Assembly (NCBI GenBank): GCA_038231455.1
Contig: JBBRLI010000004.1
Span: 32,001-96,000 of the forward strand
Reading direction: 5' to 3'
Source: Vulcanimicrobiales bacterium
GTDB taxonomy: Bacteria; Vulcanimicrobiota; Vulcanimicrobiia; Vulcanimicrobiales; Vulcanimicrobiaceae
DNA: 64,000 nt
Position 1 is the stretch's first letter. Each line of letters begins with the position of its first letter. The position numbers and the translations under genes are program-made. The notes beneath the pieces are model-generated. The model was not told the DNA's origin and did not search any database. It saw only the letters and a program-made list of their open reading frames with translations. Shown here in pieces: positions 31,402 through 40,731 of the stretch.

Positions 31402-32769
31402 ATGGCCACAAATACGCCTGGAGCGAACCGCTGGGCAATCGCATGGTCCGGGGTCATCGTCATGATCCTGGCCGGCACCGCCTACGCGTGGAGCAACTTC
31501 ACGACGCCGCTGCGCGCCTCGTTCGGTTGGAGCTCGACCGAAGTTAGTTTGGTTTTTGGGATCGCCATCTTTTCGCTTGGCATCGGCGCCGTGATCGGCG
31601 GTCGCTGGCAAGATCGTGTCGGACCGCGAGTCGTAACCATCACCGGGATCGTCCTCTGGGGTCTGGGCAATCTGCTCGCTGCCGTTGGTCCGCACTCGGT
31701 CTTATGGTGGGATCTCACCTACGGCGTGATCGGCGGCCTCGGCAATGGCATGGCATACATCACACCGGTTGCGACCGTGACCAAGTGGTTCCCCGACAAG
31801 CGCGGACTCGCAAGCGGCATGGTCGTTATGGGTTTTGGCCTCGGCGCTTTTTTCTACGGCTTCATCCTCAAAGCGATTCCGGCGTTTGTGACCGCATCCA
31901 AACACGCGCAGGCGTTCATCGACGCGAAAGCCGCCGCGCTCAAAGCCGGCACGACCTTCGATCCCGCGGCCTTCGCAATGACCGCTGATGACATCGGCAT
32001 CATCGGCACCGTGCTGCTCATCAGCGGTATCGTGTATGCCGTCGTCGGCGGCGCCGCCGCATCGCAACTGCAAAATCCCCCCGCCGGCTATACGGTCGCC
32101 GGTGCGACCGCTGCGGCCAAAGCCTCGGATTCGCATTCGTTCACGCCGGCCCAAGTGTTGCGCACGCCGCAACTCTATCTGCTCTGGCTAATGCTCTTCG
32201 TCAACGTGGTCGCCGGGATCTTAATCGTCTCGAATGCCGTGCCGATCATCCGCGAACTCATTTCCAAAGGCGTTACCGACCCCGACGCAATCAAGGCGCT
32301 CACCGGAACCGCGATCAGCGCGTACGCCTTCGTCGCCGTGTTCAACGGTCTTGGCCGTTTTTTCTGGGGCGCGATCTCCGATCGACTGGGCCGCAACAAT
32401 GCGTACGCGATGATCTACGGCGTGCAGGCGGTGGTGTTTTTCCTCTTACCGGGATTCCACTCAATTCCGCTCGTGCTCTTCGCCTTCGCGATCATTCTTG
32501 CGTGTTACGGCGGTGGCTTTGCCGTTATGCCGTCGTTCAACGCCGACTACTTCGGAACGAAGTTCCTCGGGCAGAACTACGGCTTCATCCTCACGGCGTG
32601 GGGAGCTGCGGGCCTCGTCGGTCCGTACATTGCGGGCGCCGTCAAAGATGCAACGGGCAGTTTCTCCGGAGCGCTGATACCGCTTGCGGTCATGTTGCTC
32701 ATTGCAATCGTCCTCCCGTTCATCACCAAGAAACCGGCGGCAACCGCGGCCGCCGTCGCAACCGCGTAA
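31402..32769 (+). CDS. OFA (oxalate/formate antiporter-like) MFS transporter
   Basis: GTAYAWS, QDRVGPR, KWFPDKRGLASG, GRFFWGAISDRLGR, CYGGGF, DYFG; AAGGAG SD. Confidence 0.9.
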   Translation: MATNTPGANRWAIAWSGVIVMILAGTAYAWSNFTTPLRASFGWSSTEVSLVFGIAIFSLGIGAVIGGRWQDRVGPRVVTITGIVLWGLGNLLAAVGPHSVLWWDLTYGVIGGLGNGMAYITPVATVTKWFPDKRGLASGMVVMGFGLGAFFYGFILKAIPAFVTASKHAQAFIDAKAAALKAGTTFDPAAFAMTADDIGIIGTVLLISGIVYAVVGGAAASQLQNPPAGYTVAGATAAAKASDSHSFTPAQVLRTPQLYLLWLMLFVNVVAGILIVSNAVPIIRELISKGVTDPDAIKALTGTAISAYAFVAVFNGLGRFFWGAISDRLGRNNAYAMIYGVQAVVFFLLPGFHSIPLVLFAFAIILACYGGGFAVMPSFNADYFGTKFLGQNYGFILTAWGAAGLVGPYIAGAVKDATGSFSGALIPLAVMLLIAIVLPFITKKPAATAAAVATA

Positions 32770-32785
32770 CCGTACGCGTCACCAA

Positions 32786-32825
32786 AACAAAGGGGCGGCC
32801 GTCGCTAGATGGCCGCCCCTTTGTT
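32786..32825. terminator. bidirectional intrinsic terminator
   Basis: AACAAAGGGGCGGCCGTC-GCTA-GATGGCCGCCCCTTTGTT between convergent genes. Confidence 0.88.
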
Positions 32826-32840
32826 CGTTCTGTGCTACCG

Positions 32841-33902
32841 TTATTCAGGCGGTCGGAGCGTTGCGCGCGCATCGTCGGCCGACGTGCGACCCGCTTCCAT
32901 AATCGTTTCGCGCAAGATATAGCCGCCGAAGAGCGTAAGCCCCGCTGCGAGCACGGTTTTTATACGGTGATGTTTTGCCGTACCGCGTTTGGCAAAGAGT
33001 GCGGGCAGATTCATCAAGACGGGTGCCGCGATGCCTAAGCCAAGCGTGTACGTTTTGAGTTTCTTTCCGGTCGTGCCGGTGAAGAATGGCGCGCCGTGTT
33101 CTTTTGCGCGCATCTGGTAGTCGAGCAACAGCGCGGCTTCGGCAGTCGCGGCGAGAACTTCGATCTTCTCGAGTCGCTCGATCGTCTCGGCGCTCCCGCC
33201 GGTAAGCGCGAGCAGCGCGGCGTTCAGCGCGCAGGCCGTACTCGTGGCCGAACAGACGAAGATCGCGGGGATGTGTTTTCGGCCAACGTACCACACCGGA
33301 ATCGCCGTCGCCGAGATGAGGACGCCGGTGTAGGACGCCATAAGGCACGCGCCGAGCGCAAGCAAACCGTTGCGCAAAATCTTCGGCACGAATCCGCCGA
33401 AATGGATCGGCAGAATACCATCGCGAAAAAGCTGATCGGCAACCGCAAGTCCCGCCGCTGCGGAAAAGAGCGAGAGCGAATACACGCCCACCGACATCGG
33501 CGACTTTAGCTTGAAGATGCGGAGCATGTTGTAGAATTTTTCGGGGACGCCGAGATCCTTGATCAAGAGCGCGCCCGACGCAGCCGAAAACACGACGGCG
33601 ATGTAGCGCCCGTTGCGGATCAGCGGCTCATCTTGCTTGGAGCCGACGGTGTCGGCGAGTGCGGCGAGCATCGCACTGCCGCTCATCATCCCGCCGAGAT
33701 AAAAATACCAGACGATTTCCCAGCGCCAGTGCGCTTTGCGCACGACTGGATGTTCGAAATACGAGGTCTGCTCGCGCCCGAATCCGCCGTCGCCCTTGGC
33801 CATCGATGCGGCGACCGCGTCGGGCGAAATGGACGACGCTCCACTCGCGTCGCCGTACGCAGCGCCGTGTTTGCCTTTCCCGTAGTTGAGGTCGATCTGC
33901 AC
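32841..33902 (-). CDS. NrfD/PsrC family membrane anchor subunit
   Basis: WRWEIVWYFYLGG, LIKDLGVPEKF, SPMSVG, YTGVLI, PVW; AAGGA SD then GTG 33902. Confidence 0.88.
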   Translation of the reverse strand: MQIDLNYGKGKHGAAYGDASGASSISPDAVAASMAKGDGGFGREQTSYFEHPVVRKAHWRWEIVWYFYLGGMMSGSAMLAALADTVGSKQDEPLIRNGRYIAVVFSAASGALLIKDLGVPEKFYNMLRIFKLKSPMSVGVYSLSLFSAAAGLAVADQLFRDGILPIHFGGFVPKILRNGLLALGACLMASYTGVLISATAIPVWYVGRKHIPAIFVCSATSTACALNAALLALTGGSAETIERLEKIEVLAATAEAALLLDYQMRAKEHGAPFFTGTTGKKLKTYTLGLGIAAPVLMNLPALFAKRGTAKHHRIKTVLAAGLTLFGGYILRETIMEAGRTSADDARATLRPPE

Positions 33903-33904
33903 GG

Positions 33905-34699
33905 CTAGTCCTTCGCCGCCATGATGTTCCACGCAAGAGCGCCGAGGGCAAGAGCAGCAACAAAGCCACTCGTGTACGCCGCTTTCTGGAACGTCGACGG
34001 AAGTACGGGCTTGGGCGGCAAGTTGAACACTTCGGGACGATCGGGAATCATGAAGAATGCGTTGAGGTCGCCAACCGCACCCATGTCCTCGCCGAGGCCG
34101 TAGATCCGAACGTTCTTGCCTTCGGCATTGAGCTTCTCAAGACGCGCGCTGGCAACGGCCTTGAGTTCTTCAACGGGTCCAAAGAGAATCGAATCGGTCG
34201 GACACGATTTTGCGCATGCGGGTTCGAGCCCGTCTTTCTGCCGGTCGTAGCAAAGCGTACACTTCTGCGCGATGCCGGTGCTGTGCGAAACCGCGACGAC
34301 GCCAAAGGGGCACGACGGGACGCAGTACCCACAGCCATTGCAGATGTCGGGCTGCACGTAGACGTCGTCGAATTCGTTGCGGACGATCGCGCCGGTCGGG
34401 CACGCTTCAAGACAACCCGCATTCGTACAGTGCTTACACACATCGGACATCATCATCCAACGCGAGTCGAGCGGATTGATGCGATCCATCTGTTCGACGA
34501 AGGCGACGTGACGCCACGTATCCGACGAGAGGCGGTTCGTATTGTCGTACGAGTTCCCCGACATCGCGTAGCCGTCGGCGGGCAACTCATTCCACTGTTT
34601 GCAGGCAACTTCGCAGGCTTTGCAGCCGATGCACAGCGTGACGTCGGTAAAGAATCCCATCTTGGTGTGGGGCTCGGCGATCAGATCGATCTCGGTCAC
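33905..34699 (-). CDS. formate dehydrogenase iron-sulfur (beta) subunit, FdnH/DmsB-like
   Basis: CIGCKACEVAC, CKHC..AGCLEACP, CNGCGYCVPSCP, KCTLCYDR...PACAKSCP. Confidence 0.92.
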   Translation of the reverse strand: MTEIDLIAEPHTKMGFFTDVTLCIGCKACEVACKQWNELPADGYAMSGNSYDNTNRLSSDTWRHVAFVEQMDRINPLDSRWMMMSDVCKHCTNAGCLEACPTGAIVRNEFDDVYVQPDICNGCGYCVPSCPFGVVAVSHSTGIAQKCTLCYDRQKDGLEPACAKSCPTDSILFGPVEELKAVASARLEKLNAEGKNVRIYGLGEDMGAVGDLNAFFMIPDRPEVFNLPPKPVLPSTFQKAAYTSGFVAALALGALAWNIMAAKD

Positions 34700-37600
34700 G
34701 GCTGATTCTCTCCTCGGGCATGAACGCGCGCAGAGGCATCCATGACGGTTTGCGCGGAGACGATGCTCTCATCCGTACTCTCGCCGGGTAGCGCAGTACA
34801 TTTTCCGCCGCGCTCGGGTGTCCCAAACGGGGTCTGTTCGCTCGGCGGAACCGGGCGCTGCGTCGCGCCTTCGTGATACGCAAGACGGCGCCCAACGCGA
34901 ATGTTTGCGGTGAACGCTTTTGCTTCATGAATGGAGACGTTCGGATCGGCGACGAGTGGCGGAAGAAGATTCGGCGTGTCGCCCGTGACGATGCCTTGGT
35001 ATCCGAAATGCATCGGAATGCCGATCTGGTGAACGAACTTGCCTTTGCCAAGACGAAACGGCTGGAGTCGTCCGGTGACCAGCGCCTTGAGTTCGATTGC
35101 GCCGCGCTTGGTCTCGACCGTGACCCAATCACCGTTGCGAATGCCGCGTTCCACCGCGAGCTCCGGCGAAATCTCGCAGAAGAGTTCCGGTTGCAATTCG
35201 GCAAGCCACGGCGACCAACGCGTCATCGCACCCGAGAGATGGTGCTCGGTCAAACGGTAGGTCGTAATCACGTATGGATAGTCGGGGTCGCCGACGGCAT
35301 GATACGGATTGTCGCGCCGGTTCCACTCTTTGAGCACCGGATTAAACTGCGCGTTTGGATAGAGGGCGTTTGGGACCGGAGATTCTTTAGGTTCGTAGTG
35401 TGTTGCAATCGGACCATCAACCGTGCCCTGCACGCCAAAGATCTCGGCAACACCAAACTGCTGCATGATAAACGGCGCCGTGCCGTCGTGCGCGTCCATG
35501 CCGCCCGCGCCGGCTTTTGCGCGGAAAGCGGGATCTTTCGCAACGGGAAAATCGGGCACGTCAAAGCCCGTCCACTTCTTCTGCTCGGCGTCCCACCACA
35601 CGAGCTTCTTGTTCTCGCTCCACGGCGCACCGGCGGGATCGGCCGAAGCGCGATTATACAGGTTGCGACGGTTGGCGGGCCACGCCCACGCCCACTGCGG
35701 AGAAACCCAATCGTCTCCCGTCCGACGACGCGTGAGATTCTCGTCTTTGGACGGAAAGTAACCGGTGTAAATCCATGCGCCCGCCGCCGTCGATCCATCG
35801 TCTTTAAGATCGACGAAGGTTTTGATCTGCTCGCCGGTTGTGATGTTGAACCCGTTTATTTCACGCATGATTTTCTCGACGTCGGGTTCACCGTGCGCCC
35901 GTTCGTGCACGTCTTCGGAATCGTAATTCCAGGTGATGTCGAGGATCGGGCGGTCGTTCGGATTCACGGAACCCGCGTAGAGGGCTTTCATCCGTTTGCC
36001 AAGATCGTACAGAAACGCAAGGTCGCTACGGGCGTCGTCCGGCGGATCGACGGCCTTCTCGTGAAATTGTACGAGCCGCATCGTGTTCGTGAACGTGCCG
36101 GATTTCTCGCCGACGGATGCGCTTGGAATGAAGAATACCTCGGTACCCACTTCACGCGGGTCGGTGCCTTCGCGTTTCCAGAACGCGGCCGTCTCCGTCT
36201 CGAAGATGTCGTTACACACCATGAATTTGAGCTGCTCGAGCGCGGCGCGCTGCAAGCCCGCGTTCTGTCCGCCGACCGCCGGATTTTGACCGAAGAGAAA
36301 GAGCCCTTCGATCCCGCCGTCCTTCATATCGAAAAAGAGCGGCATGTGCGAATGATCGCCCGTGACTTTCGGGAGATAGTCAAAGCACCAGTCGTTTTCA
36401 ACGGTGGCAACATCACCCCACCACGCTTTCATTTGCGAGACGGCGTATTTGGGCCAATTCGACCACCAGCCGGTTTTCGCTGTGTGATGGTTCTTCCACG
36501 TCGCAAAGTCGTACTCACCGCGTTCGAACGACGGCGTCTTGATGTAGCCGGGCAGCGTGTCGTACAAGGTGGCGATGTCAGTCGACCCCTGAATCGACGC
36601 GTGTCCGCGCAGCGCCATGATGCCGCCGCCGGGACGACCGACCGAGCCCATCAGCGCGGCGAGCGTCGCAGCGGCGCGAATGTTCTGCACGCCGACGGTA
36701 TGCTGTGCCCAGCCCATCGCGTAGCAGTAGGCCATCGTTTTTTCGCGGCCACCGCTGGAGGCGACGAGTTCGGCAAGTTTGAGGAAGCCTTCGATCGGCG
36801 TACCGCAGATACGTTCGACCATCTCCGGCGTGTAGCGTGCGTAGTGTTTCTTGAGGATATTGATCGCACAGCGCGGATGGTTGAGCGTGAGGTCTTTTTT
36901 CGGACGCGACGGCGTGCCGTCGGCCGGATCTTCCAGCTCGTACGCCCAGCTCGAAACGTCATACGTGCCGGTCTTCTCGTTGAATCCCGAAAAGACGCCG
37001 TCGAGGTCTTCCGTATCGACGAACTTCTCGCTGATGACGTATGCGGCGTTGGTGTAGTTGAGCACGTATTCTTTAAAATAGCGCTCGTTTTGCAACACGT
37101 AATTAATAATGCCGCCGGTGAATGCGATATCCGTCCCCGAGCGGATCGGCAAGTAGATGTCCGCAAGGGCGCTGGTGCGCGTGAAGCGCGGGTCGACGTG
37201 CACGACGGTCGCGCCCCGTTCTTTTGCTTGCGTGACGAAGCGGAACCCAACGGGATGATTCTCGGCAAAGTTCGAGCCTTGGATGAGAATCAGGTCGCTG
37301 TGCTTGAGATCCATCAAGAACGTCGTCGCGCCGCCGCGTCCGTACAAAGTCCCAAGACCTGGGACGGTGGAGCTATGTCAAATTCGGGCTTGGTTCTCGA
37401 TGAATGGTGTGCCGATCGATCGAAAGAGTTTGGTGATGAGATAATTCTCTTCGTTGTCGAGCGTTGCACCGCCGAGCGATGCGAGCGCCATCGTGCGCTT
37501 CACGCGCTGACCCGCCGCATCGGTCTCGACGAACGTGCGGTCGCGCGTCTCTTTTACTTTTTCCGCGATACGCGTCATCGCCCAATCGAGCGTGACGTCT

Positions 37601-37980
37601 TCCCAGTCGGTCGCAAAAGGCGCGCGGTATTTGACTTTGGTCCAGCGATTCGGATTGACGTGCAATTGGAACGTGGCCGCACCTTTGGGACACAGCGTTC
37701 CGCCGTTGATCGGACTTGCCGGATTGCCCTCGATGTCGATGATCTTCTCGTTCTTTGAGTAAATCATCGTGCCGCAGCCGACGGCGCAATACGGACACAC
37801 GCTGGGCGTGGCTTTGGCATCCTTGATGCGCGAGTGCAGCGTCTGCGAGCGCTTCGAGAGTACGTTCGGTAGCGGCGCGATCCGTTTGCCGAGGGCACCG
37901 GCGGCGCGCGCGAGCAGCGAAGTCAGATCGAGCGGCGGACCCTGCGTTTTTGCCATTGTTTCTGATTCGACGACAGACAA
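34696..37980 (-). CDS. fdnG: selenocysteine-containing formate dehydrogenase alpha subunit (Mo/W-bis-PGD), Sec at TGA 37378-37380
   Basis: CPYCAVGC...LCPKG; ENQARI-U-HSSTVPGLG reads in frame across TGA into the next ORF; ALRGHASIQG; GGAG SD before TTG 37980. Confidence 0.92.
37349..37365 (-). promoter_or_regulatory. bacterial SECIS hairpin
   Basis: 12 nt after the UGA: GUCCCA-GGUCU-UGGGAC, with the CAGGUCU apex seen in the E. coli fdhF SECIS. Confidence 0.85.
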
Positions 37981-38004
37981 AGCGACTCCATGCCGGGAAT
38001 CGTC

Positions 38005-40731
38005 TTATCGTGGAGCGGAACGGACCAAGGCCCGACTTGCTGCCGTTTCTACCGCAAGCTGCAAATCTTTCATGAGGAACGGCTTACTTACGAACGCGTC
38101 CCACGCATCTTCGCGCGTTCTCGGAGCCTGACCGAGCCAGACGAAACCCGTCCGTTCGCGCACGCCCGGATCGATTGTCGCCAAGAAGTCACCCGGTTCG
38201 CCTTCGAGGCGGTCGACATCGATGATTGCAACGTCGCTCGGCGTCTGCGTCGCCGCGAGTGCGACGTCCGAGGCTTTGCCCAGGATCGTCACGGCATAGC
38301 CGGCCCCGCGCAGTGAATGGCCGATATACGATCGCGAGTCGCCGTCGCGATCCTGCACGAGCACCCGGCGCGTGCGGGGACGGTGCTGACTTGTCGAACT
38401 CGGTAAATAGACGCGAAAAACGCTCCCCGCCCCTTCGGTGCTCTCGACATCGATTGCACCGCCGTGCAGATCCACGATCGTTCGGCAGAGGAAAAGCCCA
38501 AAGCCGGTTCCGGTGATTCCGAGCCGGCGGGCGTTCGAGGCCCGTGCGAAGCGGCCGAACAGACGTGCTCGATCGGCGTCCGGAATGCCGATGCCGTGGT
38601 CGTGAATCGCGGTTTCCACACCGTCGCCAAACGCCCGCATCGTGACCTCGACCGGCTCGCCGCCCGGTGAATATTTGATCGCGTTGCCGATCAAATTTTC
38701 GAACACTTGCCGCAGGCGCGCCGCATCGCCCGCAACGATGAACGATTCGGATTCCGTCGTCAGCTCGACGGGCCGCTGATGCGCGAACGACCGCGCGACG
38801 TCGCGGACGAGATAGCTTAAGTCGACGTCGGTAATTTCGAGGACGAGTTCGTTTTGTTCGAGACGCGAGAGGGCTAGCGTATCGGTTGCCAAACCCGCAA
38901 GACGCATCGCACTCGACGAGATCAAATTCAGATATTGCAGCGTATCGCTCCCGGGCGGAGCGTCTTCGGCGAGGACGTCGGCAAAGCCGACGATCGTGGT
39001 GAGCGGTCCTTTGAAATCATGCGCGAGCATCGCGATGAGATCGTTCTTGATCTGATTGAGTTCGACAACCGATGCCCGCCGGCCGGCGAGTTCGTTGTAG
39101 AGCTCGACGTTGCGTGCCGCAACCGCGAAGTACTGGGCAAAGAGTTCGAGCGAAGAGACATCGGCGCCCGTCAGCGTCGCGCCCTCCATGTCCAGAACGT
39201 AGGCGACCTTGCCGGCCGGCGAGCGAATCGGCACGATCAGGCGATGCGCGACCTCATCGAACGTCGAACGTTCCGAAAGAACCGCTGCATCGAGGGCCAT
39301 ATCCGCGCGCGCTTGCTCGTTCGCGTCGAGCGTTAGGTCGCGCGTCGGTACAAACCCGCCGTCGGGCAGCGGGACGTACACGCATGTCGACACGCCGACG
39401 AGCGTTTGCACGCCGAGCGTGAGCGCGTCGATCAGGACGGCTCCGTCAAGCGAGCTAAAGAGTTCGCGAGCGGTCTGCGCGAGCGCCGTAAGGCGCTCGT
39501 TCTGCGCGGTCATCGATCGTTCTCGACGCACTTGTTCTGAGACATCGCGCTGGACGATCACGTAGTGCGTTGCCGCCCCGTCGAGCCCGACGATCGGGCG
39601 CGCGGTCATCGCGGCGTTGTAGGCCGATCCGTCGGCTCGATACGAAACGTACTCGCACTGACCGGCGCGACCGGCGAGAAGCTGCGCGTTGAATGCGCCG
39701 AGCTTCGCGCGGTCGGTGAGCGGACCATCGAAGAGCGCGGTCGACTTGCCGATCACGTCTTCGAGACGCGCGCCCTTTTGACGCAAGAACGCGGAGTTGA
39801 CGTAGACGATAATCTCGCCTCCGCCAGCGTGGGGTTGCACGATCGCGATCGCCTCACTCGCTTCTTCGATCGCCGTCGTGAGCAGCGTGATTCGTTCTTG
39901 CGTCGCTGCCCGATCGGAGAGATCGGTCCCGAAGACGAGCGCGACTTCCGCGCGCCGCGTTCGCACCAGTTCGATGCGAAGTTCGATCGGATAGGTTGTT
40001 CCGTTTTTCCGGGCCGCGATGCTCGTCACGGTCATACGGCCGCTCGGGCTTGCGTGAAGATCGCGAACCCGCTGCGCGAAACGCACCGGATCTTGCAACT
40101 GCGGCAAGAGCGTCGCAAGCGGCAACGACCGCATTTCACTTGCGGAATACCCCAGGTTACGGCACGCCGCCTCGCTTGCGAAAATCACGCGCTGCGTTGC
40201 TTGATCGACGTGAAACAGTTCGATTTGCGAGCTGTCGAAGAGACGCACGAGCGCGCGCCGCGATTCGAATTGTTCGAGGATCGCATCGGCAATCGTGCGT
40301 AGCGCCGTTCTCTGGTCGATCGTGAGTTCGCGCGGTCGACGGTCGAGCACGCAGAGCGTCCCGAGGGCGGCGCCCTCGGATGTGATAAGGGGAACGCCCG
40401 CGTAAAATCGCAAGTGCGAATCGCCCGTAACCAGCGGGTTTTGCGCGAATCGTTCGTCCTTGCGCGCATCGGTGATCTCGAAAAGGTGTTCGCTGCGAAT
40501 CGCATGATCGCAAAAGGCCACTTCACGTGACGTCTCGGTCACATCTTCAAGACCGATATTGGATTTAAACCACTGGCGATCGCTATCGATGAGACTGATG
40601 AGTGAGATCGGCGTGCCGCAGATTTGTGCGGCAAGGCGCGCGAATGAATCGAAGAGTTCCTCGCCGGGCGTATCGAGGAGTTGATAATCGGCGAGGGCCG
40701 CCAGGCGCTCGGCTTCGGTAACGAGTGTCAC
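38005..40731 (-). CDS. hybrid sensor histidine kinase (GAF-PAS-PAS-GAF-HisKA-HATPase-REC-like)
   Basis: DRQWFKS and RFYAGVPL (GAF); AHDFKGPLT; NLIGNAIKY; DHGIGI; GFGLF; C-terminal IIDV...SKPF; GTG 40731 overlaps the polX stop. Confidence 0.9.
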   Translation of the reverse strand: MTLVTEAERLAALADYQLLDTPGEELFDSFARLAAQICGTPISLISLIDSDRQWFKSNIGLEDVTETSREVAFCDHAIRSEHLFEITDARKDERFAQNPLVTGDSHLRFYAGVPLITSEGAALGTLCVLDRRPRELTIDQRTALRTIADAILEQFESRRALVRLFDSSQIELFHVDQATQRVIFASEAACRNLGYSASEMRSLPLATLLPQLQDPVRFAQRVRDLHASPSGRMTVTSIAARKNGTTYPIELRIELVRTRRAEVALVFGTDLSDRAATQERITLLTTAIEEASEAIAIVQPHAGGGEIIVYVNSAFLRQKGARLEDVIGKSTALFDGPLTDRAKLGAFNAQLLAGRAGQCEYVSYRADGSAYNAAMTARPIVGLDGAATHYVIVQRDVSEQVRRERSMTAQNERLTALAQTARELFSSLDGAVLIDALTLGVQTLVGVSTCVYVPLPDGGFVPTRDLTLDANEQARADMALDAAVLSERSTFDEVAHRLIVPIRSPAGKVAYVLDMEGATLTGADVSSLELFAQYFAVAARNVELYNELAGRRASVVELNQIKNDLIAMLAHDFKGPLTTIVGFADVLAEDAPPGSDTLQYLNLISSSAMRLAGLATDTLALSRLEQNELVLEITDVDLSYLVRDVARSFAHQRPVELTTESESFIVAGDAARLRQVFENLIGNAIKYSPGGEPVEVTMRAFGDGVETAIHDHGIGIPDADRARLFGRFARASNARRLGITGTGFGLFLCRTIVDLHGGAIDVESTEGAGSVFRVYLPSSTSQHRPRTRRVLVQDRDGDSRSYIGHSLRGAGYAVTILGKASDVALAATQTPSDVAIIDVDRLEGEPGDFLATIDPGVRERTGFVWLGQAPRTREDAWDAFVSKPFLMKDLQLAVETAASRALVRSAPR

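Noticed and set aside
37378-37380. Nonsense mutation making the FDH a pseudogene
   Set aside because: The position at the metal ligand and the adjacent SECIS indicate selenocysteine.
34873-37758. 961-aa ORF on the + strand opposite the FDH alpha gene
   Set aside because: Antisense shadow ORF typical of GC-rich coding DNA; no motifs. The same applies to 40725-42185, 42464-43567, 58102-59478 and other long overlapping ORFs.
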